Shown: positions 52,088 through 64,000 of the stretch, in pieces
Position numbering within the stretch: the stretch's first letter is position 1
Layout: each line of letters opens with the position of its first letter
DNA from: Tubiluchus corallicola
Lineage: Eukaryota > Animalia > Priapulida
Reading direction: 5' to 3'
Length of the DNA: 64,000 nt
Assembly (NCBI GenBank): GCA_030141605.1
Contig: JAQGDQ010000154.1
Location: 248,001 to 312,000, forward strand
The notes under the pieces: model-generated
Database searches by the model: none
Seen by the model: only the letters and a program-made list of their open reading frames with translations
What the model was told of the DNA's origin: nothing
Made by a program: the position numbers and the translations under genes

Positions 52088-52130
52088 AGAATATGTAATT
52101 GTGTCCTTATATGATAAGATGACAACAGTT

Positions 52131-52269
52131 TTATGGTGAAATTGGATCCATCTGAGGTGACACACATTCTAATGTGGTTACGGGTGACTTTGAACTTGAA
52201 CCGGAACGCGCGGATTCTTTTCTGGAGTGACATCTTTCATGGCCCGCCACGTAACAATCACGTTGTTTG
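52131..52269 (-). CDS. Six3/6: Six3/6 probable terminal exon 2 (full protein about 263 aa)
   Basis: Acceptor TTTTTTGTAATTATAG|C is phase-compatible with exon 1. Open Ser/Pro-rich tail SKQRDCYVAGHERCHSRKESARSGSSSKSPVTTLECVSPQMDPISP*; locally higher GC. Confidence 0.6.
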
Positions 52270-54642
52270 CTATAATTACAAAAAATTGACAGTAAAATTC
52301 TGGAATGACTTCCAAAATTTGAAAAAGAAAACGTATATGAAATTAGATACCAATTATTGAAACAACTAGAAATTGGAATCCGACATGAACAGTATCTTCT
52401 ATCATTGGCAAATAAATTTATAATAGGAACTATATATTCATATGTATTTATAGTTACACTTTCTCTCTGCAGGCCCTTATTATGAATTGCTTTTGTCTTT
52501 ATTTGGTCTGCATAAAAACCATAAAACAAAAACGCTTTAAAAATTAAACAGAAATTTAGAAGATTAAACATTAAAGTCTTAAGCTTTAAACTTACACATT
52601 TGTATACCATAATCATGAAATTTAATTAAAATGGTGTTTTCTGATTTAGTTTTGCATTTAGACAGTTGATTTCACATTTAAAGAATGGTTCACACCGACG
52701 TCCAGCTGTTTGGCTCATTAATGAATTTTTGGTGCCCGGTTTTTGAAGCATGTTGGCACCAAATTTTAACAGACATTTCTGGAGTTTTATTGATTATCAG
52801 TCAGTAATTATTGATTATTAGTCGTAGAAATCGTTTCTATAAATTAACGAAAATCGATGGAAATTAAACCCAATGTTTGTTTGTAATAATAATTTTGTCT
52901 TAATGTAGCTCTTAAGAAACTCTGATAAATTAAGTGTATTAAATGTAATTGCCTTTTCAAATAAACATTTGTTCAGTTAAATTTCACAACGAAGACATCC
53001 ACCATTATCTACGAAATTGCATTATTTTATCATTTTTGCCCAAAAGATATGTACAAAGAATACATTAATGCTCAATACGGTTTTTTCTAAGAATTAAAAA
53101 TTCTTGAATTAAAAAACATTAAAATTAATAATTGTTTTTTGATAACCAATGTAGGATTTGCATTAAAAGTCAAAAGTCAAAATGGCTATGTCGTTGGCGA
53201 TGCAGACGTTTTACAGCAAAGCAGCCCGGCCATGAAGTGGCATCGTGGCAGTTGTTAGTACATGTAGTACATGCAAGAGAGGTGATAGAATGGTGTATAT
53301 CTGAAAACTGGAAAAGATGAGCGGGTTAGAAAGAATAGGAGAGCAATAAAAAGATGGCTGAAAGAACATGGGAAGGGATATGTTTGCACTTTGACTAACA
53401 AAATCTTAAAAAGGGCATGAAAACAAGCAGTAATTATAAGACACATTTTAAGGAAGCAGAATGATTTTTCATATACTACCCATTTTCAAGTCTGTATAAA
53501 AGCAAACATTTTAACACAATTAATACGGCAAAAGAGTTTCTGATAATTAAATAATAGATCAAAAACTTGATAAACGGGGGGCGAGCTCAACTGTTGGTGA
53601 CATCACAAACTAACATAATTTTCGACAGCAAAAATATTCCACGAGCGTGTTGCACATGTTTTCAAAAGTGAAGTGCAGCACTACTGTAAAATATTCAGTG
53701 TGTTGTACTAAAACTAGGCAAGTTTTAAGATAAAAATTCAAATCTCAAATTTACAGCTGTGTTCACACTTAAGCTGTCGAACGTGTATAGTTCGTCACAA
53801 ATTAACACATCTGAACTAAGAGGTACAGCATCTGTTTTCTGTACAGTGCGTTTTCAAAATGCAGGCGCTAGTGCCCGTCTAACTAGCGAATGGCAAAATA
53901 CATCTAAAAACGAAGAACTAGTGGCGCGAACGGGAATTTGTGTTTGTGTGGTAATAACTCTTTCACGTAAACCATTTTTGAAAAAAGGTAGTATGTTTCC
54001 TATCAATTTTTTAAAGAACAGGCTGTTTTGACCTAAATTTCAAGATTGGGTCCGGTTTTGCTTTAACTTTGATTTCGCTGCTTCGTAGTACGTCTAGAGT
54101 GTATTTTACGTTGAACCTGTATGAGATATAGAGTATAGTTTACATGGCTACACAAGCACTTAAAAACGAAATACTTACGGAGTTGAAAGCCTCTGTTTAT
54201 GTGAAGAGACAAACACAACACGAAACTTATATATCTCAGTCCACAGGAAAAACCAGAAAATTGAGTTTGGGCTGCTGCTCGTCTTTTTTAAAATTTGTTA
54301 TAAAGATAAAACAGAATAAACTGGCAAAAAATTAAAAAGGTCTCCTCGATCTAGCATTTATGACCATATCTGTGCCTCTGGGTCACAAGGGTGATTTTAA
54401 TAATTTCAGCATTGTGACCAAAGCTACAAATAACTGGGGCCTATTAATAAAAGAAAGTTTATCTATATACCCTAGTAAGCCTTTTTTATGTGCAAATTCG
54501 CTTAACTTTATTTAAAAACAAAATAAATTTTATTATCCAAACAGTAATTCAACTTTTTTCCTGCTTTTAAGTTGGCCTTGTTCACAAATATCAACAGGTA
54601 TATCTAAATGATGAAGAAAAAGTTCGGTAGACAAGTTCCTAC

Positions 54643-55295
54643 CTGTTTTTAGCGGCTGCAGCTCTGTCACGTTGTCGTCTGTTCTTGAACCAGTTTCCCA
54701 CCTGTGTTGGTGACAATCCAGTGGCTTGTGCCAGTTCCCTCTTTTTACCTGGATTGGGATACGGATCCTGTAAGTACCACTCACGCAACAGACCTCGAGT
54801 TCGCTCTTTAAAACAATGTGTCTTTTGTTCGCCATCCCAGATGGTCTTTGGCATTGGGAATTTCTTCCGGACTCGGTACTTGTCGACCGGACCGAGTGGA
54901 CGACCACGCATCTTTTCTGCCTCCTGATAGTGGGCCTCCAACCACATCGCCTGCAGTTTTCCATGAGATTCCTTGCTGAAGTTTTGCGTCTCCAAGAGGT
55001 GATACAACTCTTGATAGTTTTCCTGATGGAATGCTACCAGCGCCCTGGCACGGAGGATGGCTTCATGCTTGCCAAAACTGTCGCCATGGACAGGAGGCAA
55101 CGACCAGAGGAACCTGGCTAGCCTTTCAATGTCTCCGCTGTTCTCTAGGGTTTCACAGACGCGCGCCACTTGAAAAGGAGTAAATCCAAGCACTGGAACA
55201 GGAGCGAACATCAGAGGAGACATAACTCCTATTCTGGGCAACACACCAGATACTGGTGGCGGTGTCATCCACATGTGTTTTCGGCGGAAAATCAT
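54643..55295 (-). CDS. Six3/6: Six3/6 (optix-class) SIX homeobox gene, exon 1 (SIX domain plus homeodomain)
   Basis: SIX domain [26 protein letters not shown]...[30 protein letters not shown]; homeodomain with the Six3/6-diagnostic [10 protein letters not shown] and [16 protein letters not shown]; ends at phase-2 donor AG|GTAGGA. Confidence 0.96.
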
Positions 55296-55410
55296 CTAAA
55301 TTATAGACTAGCTCTTTAGTTTTTGGTCTTCACCTTAACAATGCAACCCACTGTAAGTGCATTGTATCATCTAACAGGAGCAATTCTCCTCCTTAACGGC
55401 ACCTCTTGCT

Positions 55411-55458
55411 CTCTCATTGGCAGCTGCGAATAGCTCGTTCGGCCGTTACTATGGCAAC
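55411..55458 (-). promoter_or_regulatory. Six3/6 proximal promoter: X-box, E-box and CCAAT box
   Basis: GTTACTATGGCAAC (55445-55458, near-perfect RFX palindrome), CAGCTG (55421-55426) and CCAAT on the minus strand (55416-55420), 120-165 nt upstream of the ATG. Confidence 0.55.
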
Positions 55459-56399
55459 GTCTGTCACTCATCCGCAGGGATTAATTTACTTGAAGGAAAA
55501 CCAATTTGCTGCGGTGGCTGTTTCACGAACTGATCATTCAGTCTAGTGTTGCTTACGAAAACACGATTATTGTGTTGAAGTATGCAATCTGTTGAAGAAT
55601 GCCATGTTATATGCACTCAGATATTATAATAACACACGTAAAGGCTAATCTCTGTTGTGTAAGGCATGCTATGGTCACCAGATTAATAGCTAGCCAATAA
55701 ACTGCCTGGAGCGTTAAAATATTTCATATTTAAGGAGAGAAAGGACGGAGGCATTAAAACTGGCATATTGTAACCGCTGGTGAATAAATTAATTATGTCA
55801 TGAAAATTATTGGAGTATAAATCCGACAAAATATGTAAATTAATGATCTAGCAGCAGTGTTAAAGCCCTACTAGGTAGGAAATGTACAATATTGTAATTT
55901 GTTTAATATTAGCCAGAATAACTGGAGGGCAAAAAGACTATCCTTTGGTGGAAGTTTCAAAGTTTCAAAGATAAATAGGCCTATTATTTTTGTGTTACTA
56001 TTTTATTGTTTTTTAGGCAAACTGAAACACGAACTTTTATAACACATTCGTGTAATAAGTATTTTAACCATTTTTTATTTATTCTACAGCTGTGAAATAA
56101 ATTTGCATTTTTAGAAAATGATAAGATGCGCGGAGTTCGTACGCTGGTCCGACCATAAAATTTGCGAATGTCACAAAATTTTTAAATAGAACAATATAAT
56201 ACAAAATGGTGATTCACAGAATTGTACACAGACATCAGTTAATGAATTATGAATTTATTCCACAGCAACACAAACATACATAGATTGATATTGCATTGAA
56301 AAAAAATAAACTAAGCGAGTTACTGTGAGGAGGAGGAAGGAGCATTGAGCTTTCGAGTCCTCCTCCAGATAAGTGGAAAAATTGACAATTAACATTACA

Positions 56400-56745
56400 T
56401 AGTATTTTCATCAGTTATAACGTACATTAGAAAAAAATAAGTTTTGTTAGTAACTTAAGATCAGGATGAGTAAAATTTTGAGTTAATTATACCGTTGTAG
56501 TAGGTAATTCTTTGATGCTTTTTTAAATTGATAGAGATTAAGAGTTTTCATTTCACGCGGAATTGATGACCATATTTTAATAGCATTATATTTTGATGAC
56601 TGTTCCATTATATTTGTTTTTGGAAGCGGGAGTACATAGTTTCCGACTGAATATCTTGTGTAATGATCATGTTGATTTGAAACTGGACTAAAGTATGACT
56701 GAAAAACTGGTGGAAGTAGTGAATTATGATACTGATACATGAAAT
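56400..56745 (-). mobile_element. LINE (CR1/L2 group) ORF2 C-terminal fragment
   Basis: MYQYHNSLLPPVFQSYF...HDHYTRYS...YVLPLPKTNIMEQSSKYNAIKIWSSIPREMK...YQFKKASKNYLL matches the H.Y.TR / K.WN.LP / FK..LK pattern. Confidence 0.75.
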
Positions 56746-57297
56746 GAAGACAACACGTGTCATATATTTCTTACATCAATTAAGCTACTTGAAATAATAA
56801 GCGAATTGTAATGTAATGCGTAAAGACATAAATTACACAATATAGACACACTTTTGTAACGTTTCTGAAATATGCAGTTAAGTATCAGTCAAGCGAGATT
56901 CAACATTGCGACGAACCTACTTAATGTGGTTGTAGCGGACCGAATCTCGTTAATTATTAACAATTGTATTTTCAAAACTTAGTGTCCGAAGTACACATAC
57001 GTATAAACAAATCAAATGTGACGTGTAATGAAATTTACAACCCTCGAATAATCAACGAAAGAAATTACTATGAACTCCCACATTCAATGAATTCCATAAC
57101 AAAATACCGACCTTAAAATTGGCTTTTTATATTCCTTATAAGCTGTTGAAAGAATTTTTATTTGTTCGCATAGAAGCGACCAACTCTTATGATCTATTAA
57201 GGCAATCAATCAGTCAGTCAGTCAGTCAGTCAGTATTGTATGTCTTGTAATTATTGTATGTTATGTGTTCTATGAACCTGGTTCGAAATAAAGAGTT

Positions 57298-57672
<375 letters not shown>

Positions 57673-60600
57673 CAACCAATCACTATATCAACCATCATTA
57701 ATCTTATGTTCTAGATAGCTATTTTAAGCGACTGTTATCGTAAAATGCTATCTAGTTCTAAACTTGCAAATTAAAGAACTTTCCAGCAACAAAAACATTT
57801 TTTGCTTGAATCCTACAAGGATATTCATCAACCAATGATCAATAATGCGCAAACACTTTATACGTAGTGCATTTGTTTATAGCCACACTTATGACTTCTG
57901 TGCAGAAAGTTATATAGTTTCGTCAGCTAACCTTCATTTTAGCTACCTTAGGTTTCTACCAGATTTTTCAACATTTATTCAAACGTCTGAATGCATATAG
58001 CTTAGAGGAGGAAACTCTAAAACAAATAGACAGAGCGAGATGAGAAAAGATCACTAGACTGTTTTTAATATCTGACTTCAATATGTCAGAGAAGCTACAG
58101 TTACACATATCGTAATTGAGATAAAAAGCAAATCATTTCATTGCAGAATCACGGTAAAAAACATATTTAATAGAACATGATATTATGACTGGAATGTATT
58201 GGGTAGGTGGTAGTTTTTTTGCACAGCGATTTCGTTACCTTATTTTCGGAATCTTCTTGTCAATTACTCATTAACGCTCAGTGTAAAATACTCTTTTAAT
58301 AATCTCAGCAAAAATCAGCCGTTACTAGCTTACTGCTATTAATTGTCTTATTAAAAGCAAATTTTTTTTGAATAAATTAAATTCCTGACATTCTGTGTGC
58401 ATGGAATGGAATAAAAAGTGAGATTTCAATAATTGTTATTAAATTATTAATAAATTAAATAAGCAGCATTCTTTTCAGACTGATTTCATTTTTCGCCATT
58501 CTATTTCTGTCATTTACAATTACTAATGACGTGTTTCAGGTGTCGTGTTTTTCCCTTGGTATCTTTGGAAGAGTCTTAATTGATTATTGATTACTGAATA
58601 TAATAATGATCGTCGGGAACCAATCACTGAACCTACTGCAGGTCTAACGTCAATACATTATTATCCACAAGTCAAAATAAAAGATCTATAGCTCGGGTTG
58701 ATCAGTTGAAAACGATAACAATAACGTCGAAAGAAAACATGGCTTTGCAAACACTAAGAGTAGCTATTACGTTCACAAATCGATCAGCGGGCCGTTGAAA
58801 TTAACTCGCGACGCTGTGATATAGCCTCAAGTGAGAATATATCGCTTCCAGAATAACACGCTGATCAAATAGGAGCACTATTATCCCATCTTTATACAAC
58901 GCTCGTGAGGCTAACCACTGCATTGTGCTTTGCTCATTTTCTGTGCTCTTATTAAGTTTGTTCGGCTAATTCTTAGCAAAATCAACGTATTATTGCAATG
59001 CCGATTGGCGCTAATGAGCTGAGAAATAGAGGGCGCATCTGCGCCTAAAGACCATGAGATAACTCGAGGAGCAGACGCTTGTGAAATGGACACTTGGATA
59101 GTGGACATGCGGACACTGGGCAACAGGACATTAAAGCAATGGATAGACAGTAAAGTCTTGGAGTTATTTTGATACTTTGAATGAGTGTTTAGATTAAATT
59201 TTCTGTGTGTATGTGTATGTGTGGGGTGGGGGGGGGGGGGCGGTGGGTGTGGTAGTTCTGGTACCACGTTAATCTATGAAGAAATTCCTATAAAATGACG
59301 CGCTGGATTGACAGAGACATGTTAACCACGTTCGGATAAGTATAAATTCTCTTTTTAATGAAAGAGAATACGTAGCATCACAGGCAGTACGACGGACAGC
59401 TGAAGACGAGAATTAAGTTGGGTGTAACATGCTCATTCACTCATCGAGTCCGCCATTGGTTGAAAGTTACAATCTGGGCTCAAACTTTTAGTTGCTCAAC
59501 ATTTACCTAACCACAATACTTAAGAGTAATAAGAATGCTGCGCCTTATGAAGTCTTCCATAAGTCCCGCCATCAAGTTTGCACTCAGAATATTAAATGAA
59601 GCCAATTCAGGTTGTCAGACATTATGAAACAGGAACGTATCTAGCAGGACAACAATCTTTTATAGGAGGAAACAAAATCCAATGACATCACCATGCATTG
59701 TTAACTATGTTGCTAACTGTAAAATATTCCAATGTAAACATGACTTTATATTACGTACTAAACGCTTCCAGTAGTTTCTATCTGATATAAAATGCATCAG
59801 TCTTAAATAATCGTACATTAATACTTTCTAACCGTCATTTTCTACTAATGTCTAATGTATTCCTGTAGTAAAACTTGTCAGCTTGTGTAGTTATAGTCTA
59901 TTCTTACTGTAAATGTTTTTGTAAATAGTGTATAAAGTCTGTTGTGGTGAGGATCCTAAATCATGTTGTTCAAACTGTCTGATCCAATCCTAAATAAATT
60001 ATGTTTAAACTAACTAACATGCACTGTGTATTGTGTAATGTAAGAAAAACAAGCAGCATTTAAACCGCGTATTAAATGTGCGTCCAAGAAGTACGCCTCG
60101 AGCTGAGACCAACAATCCAACTCTAACATACTCGAAAGCATACACAAATTCCTACAATTCCCACAGGTGGGACACGTGTTATCACGTGACAAAACTGATG
60201 ATAAAAATATTATCAATAAGTTATATTTCACTTTGTTTTACGTGAGAGCAAATATGCTGTGCACAAAATTTTACTATATCTAACGCAAAGTTAAGACATT
60301 TCCAAAAAAAACTATTCTTCTTCAAGCTCCATAGCGCTAATTTTGGCACCCGATTTTGGTACAAGAGTAAAATTGTTACAATTTTGACTAGCGTTTTTTT
60401 TTATAGTTGAGCGATTGAAAATTGCATGTTTGCGCGGGGCCTTAGAGCCTTTAGCAACAGCAAATCATGAAAGTGAGCTAGTTGCTCTGAAACTTGTAAT
60501 CCAGCAATGGGCTAGCAATCCTGACTGCTATAGCACTCGATTTTAATCAGGACGTTCCAGATTAGAAAGACGCGCCAGCCATCTTTGTTTTATTAATCCA

Positions 60601-60908
60601 TTTTGTGTTATAACGATTGTGGACTAACACCTTATTCAATGTGCAATCGTAACCATGAAGGCAAGGTTCAATAATTATAATGAATTATACTGAAACCATA
60701 AACTCTCAACCAGATTTTATTGAGGTAAATTAATTAGTGAATTTAATTAATGATTTTATATATAAGTGTTTCTTCTAGAACAAATTATTCTAAAAAAATA
60801 ATATCAATTTTAGAGATGTATATTTTTTGAAGTAAAAATACAATAATTTTACTTTGAACTGACTCACTACAATGCAAATCTAATGCTAATTGACTGCAGT
60901 TTTTCTTT

Positions 60909-62102
60909 TTATAAAATGATACATCTACCTGGTGATTCGTCAGGTAGAGGTTGCTGTGTTTCACGTTTTCTTGATGATTTTGTAGATTTGAAACAATTCT
61001 TCTGCGAGGTTGCCAATGAGTGGTCGCTAGAAGATCTATAGACATGTCTCTTTCGTTTATTAGGTAAAATCTCAACTACTGATGGAAAGCCGTCGCTTCG
61101 TTTTGCTAGTCTTTCGTTAGACTGTTTTCGAAGGATGCTCTTTGGACGAACGTGGCTTCCACTCAAAGTAGGAAACTTTGTTTTGCCTTTTTTGCTTGTC
61201 AGATTGTGACCACTTCTGACCGATTTCTGACCACTTCTGGTTTGGTGCAGGTTGGTCAAGCTGCTGCGCCTGACGAGCTCTGCAAAAGCTTTGGATTTTT
61301 TGCTCCCGACTCCCTTGTGTGCTTGTTTAGTACTACCCAGCTGCTTTCTTAACTTAACATTGCGACCAGGTTTCCTGCCCCTTCGTGATTTCTGACCATT
61401 TGTTTCCTGTTTAAGGAGCTTGCCACTTTCATCAGCTTCTGCTGTGCTGTTACGAGCCTCCTCTGCATTAGATTTATTCGCAGAGGTGTGTTGTTTGGCA
61501 CCAAGGATTCCCTTTAACACAGCAAGGTTACTCGTATTCTTCGCGCTTCCTCGAGCTCTCCCTTTAAAGTTAACGTGTTTTCTCAGCAAACTAAGATTCG
61601 GTCTCGTCATTCCTTTCAATATTGCAACGTCTCTGATACCGCTGATAGGACCAACCAGCCTTTTGTAATCAAGAATTGCCTTTGCAACGTTGGCACTAAT
61701 TCCAATCCTGGCCAAATCTTTTTTCGTACAGTCGTTTATTTCTAACTTTGTAATTTTATTTTCCCCTACCTTTTGGCGCTGACGGGGTTTTCTCCCATCT
61801 TTCGCTTTCGTTGGCAAGGCCTTACAAGGAGTTGTATCACTTTTGTCCATTTTGTCTGTCAAGGATATATCACATGGCCTTTCTGTTAGACCTAAAACAT
61901 AAATTACATTGCTTGCGTGAAAAGTAATGTTTGTGTGAAGAAATCAGCAGCGGCCTGAAACTAAACAGTAACTGTTGTACAAGACAGAAAGTCACGCTTC
62001 TGGCAAACACAGAGATTTTTAAACGCTTGTGGGAGTGATAGAATTATTTATGAACTTCTAGAAAAAGATTAGCGTTAACATTATTGCGACTTTACCTTCC
62101 AT
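60909..62102 (-). CDS. Basic Lys/Arg/Ser-rich protein with a tandem helix-hairpin-helix (ComEA/EEPD1-like) domain and C-terminal CaaX CIIL, about 329 aa
   Basis: Exon 1 coding ATGGAAG (62102-62096) followed by GTAAAG; acceptor TTATGTTTTAG; exon 2 61891-60909; total 990 nt in frame. KLEINDCTKKDLARIGISANVAKAILDYKRLVGPISGIRDVAILKGMTRPNLSLLRKHV fits the ComEA-type pattern (IN.....L..GI....A.AI..Y....GP......V..KG). Long basic tail; ends PGRCIIL*. Confidence 0.8.
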
Positions 62103-62487
62103 ATTCTAAATTTATCTAGGCTCTTTATATATAATCCCAACAGAATACTTCCAAATGCCGTAATACTTTATAAACACTTTACTAACGTGAACCTCAACAA
62201 CGCTCCATAAAAATTGCATTGGGTATCGGAAAGAATAAAAATTTTTGGATCCTACGCCATAGTGTATCTAAGCAGCTACTTATCTGATGTCACACGTTTA
62301 TTTTACATCATGTGGATGTCGCGATCTGAGTCGACATGACGTAATAGATGACAACGAAACGTGCAACTCGTGGCAACCCAGACAGCGACGAAGAAAAATG
62401 GTTTCCCAGGCGTCATGACAGACAGGAAGGAAAATTAGCAGGCCGCTACCTATTTAGAAGGATGCACTCAAAAATCGTGCCTCAATA
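62103..62487. promoter_or_regulatory. Putative bidirectional promoter between the HhH-CaaX gene and TSSK
   Basis: 385 bp between divergent ATGs. CRE-like TGATGTCA (62285-62292), TGACGTAA (62337-62344), CGTCA (62411-62415); RFX half-site TGGCAAC near 62370. Confidence 0.5.
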
Positions 62488-62972
62488 ATGGCACCAACTG
62501 GGAACAAACAGAATAATCGAACGAGAGACAAGAGAAAAAACCCACGGCCGGCTTCTCAAACGACGACTCTGAGTACAAGTGTACCCCACCGTAATCCACA
62601 CTCCGCACAATCTCACAGGCAGAGATCTTCATCTCACAATGATCCAGAATACTTCGAAGACCCTTGTGGTCAATTGCAGAGGCTCATGCAGGATGTAGAA
62701 AGTACACGATACGAGAAAAAGCCAGGAGAATTTGTCGTCTTGTTGAAGCCGACGGAAAAGGCCATTTTAGCAAGAAACGGTTACATTTTAGAGAAAACGA
62801 TTGGAAACGGCAACTATTCGAAAGTAAAACTAGCCAAAGACGTATTAGGAAATTCTGGACAAGTTGCAATAAAAATTGTGAACTGTTCTTCCGCGCCCAA
62901 AGATTTTTTACGAAAATTCTTACCCAGAGAATTGCAATTTTGGCCTCAATTGAGACATCCTCATATTATAAG
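62488..62972 (+). CDS. TSSK: Testis-specific serine/threonine kinase (TSSK family), exon 1; remainder beyond the window
   Basis: ILARNGYILEKTIGNGNYSKVKLA...VAIKIVNCSSAPKDFLRKFLPREL...LRHPHII contains kinase subdomains I-IV with the TSSK-typical AP.DF..KFLPRE motif; ends at donor AG|GTAAGA. Confidence 0.88.
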
Positions 62973-63530
62973 GTAAGATTCAGTATGATCACGCACTCAA
63001 ACATACAGTCGTATTTATGGCTATTACTGTACTATTAAAATGCCAAAAATATCATGTATAATTCGCATTTTCAGAATTTAAAAATGCATTGGTAAGTTTT
63101 TAAACGTTGGTGTTACTTACTGTTGTTTTCACTATCATGGCTTGTCTTTGCCATAAAAAATAACATAGGGCTTACAAATGGACACGACAGAGTAATAGTT
63201 TCCGTAGCATTTTTGAACTCGCGTGCGACATTGTGTCATTAATGGGTTGCCATGTTGTATTTTCGGTTTAACATCAACCACAAGCATCACTGCACAACGA
63301 CGTTTTTATGAAGTAACAAAAATATGTGCTCTTAATAATCGTGATATATTTGCTTATGAGCTGTACTGGCTTACTGAAGAGGCAAAACAACCTACCTGGC
63401 TTTTCGTATGAAGAAATTCGTCAGATTTAGTATTAATATTATAACTAACTGATGTAAATATTCTTGTAAATTATTTCAAACAAATATTGATGAATTGCAC
63501 TGTTATAATATGACATATGTGTGAATAAAA

Positions 63531-63607
63531 TGTGTGTGTGTGTGTGTGTGTGTGCGTGAGTGTGTGTGTGTGCGTGTGTGTGCGTGCGTGTGTGCGTGCA
63601 TGCGTGC

Positions 63608-63698
<91 letters not shown>
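63531..63698. repeat. (TG)n microsatellite in TSSK intron 1
   Basis: Direct reading. Confidence 0.97.
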
Positions 63699-63701
<3 letters not shown>

Positions 63702-64000
63702 TGATCAACCGAAATAATTGCCTTTGCGCTGCATTGTGAAAGTTTACACCACCAAAAATTTACACTAATTCGGCATTGTTCATGTATTTATGTTACTCAT
63801 GAAATCATGCCTGTAGTTTTTCATGAAATTTATTATTAGTTGTCAGAGTTTGTTAGTATGTTGTTCTCGGCGGATTAACCCATTTTCGTGCCTATTCGCA
63901 GCAGAGCACATCTCGAAAATGATTATCAAATTGGTGTTGATGCTGTTGTCAAAAGACTGAATTTAATTGAAGATCTTTAACGAAATTGTTGATCAGTATA

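Noticed and set aside
54533-55121. Overlapping alternative-frame and antisense ORFs over Six3/6 (likewise 61152-61668 and 62664-63038)
   Set aside because: Shadows of GC-richer real coding exons with no recognisable motifs.
60909-61891. ComEA-like domain as bacterial contamination or recent horizontal transfer
   Set aside because: The gene has a GT-AG intron, a eukaryotic CaaX end and sits between animal genes; the domain's origin needs phylogeny, but contamination is unsupported.

Overview
AT-rich, intron-containing animal (probably invertebrate) genomic DNA, not prokaryotic. Bases 1-42.5 kb hold a head-to-tail array of three alkaline phosphatase (ALP) paralogs on the + strand. Copy 1 is 5'-truncated by the window edge; copies 2 and 3 are complete 12-exon genes. 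Their introns carry MITEs, LINE fragments, minisatellites and microsatellites. The paralogs differ at known active-site tuning positions (K/P/W at the E. coli K328-equivalent site), and copy 1 has lost its GPI-anchor tail through a +1 frameshift. Bases 46-64 kb contain a Six3/6 (optix-class) homeobox gene flanked by three genes that look like a spermiogenesis set: a tiny Arg/Ser-rich protamine-like gene, a basic helix-hairpin-helix (ComEA/EEPD1-type) gene, and exon 1 of a TSSK kinase lying head-to-head with the HhH gene. The two basic-protein genes share a 7-nt first coding exon, a short phase-1 intron and a C-terminal CaaX-Leu prenylation motif (CTLL, CIIL). This suggests lipid-anchored chromatin proteins and is the best candidate here for an undescribed system. 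All gene models were assembled by hand from splice signals and family knowledge; no database search was run.
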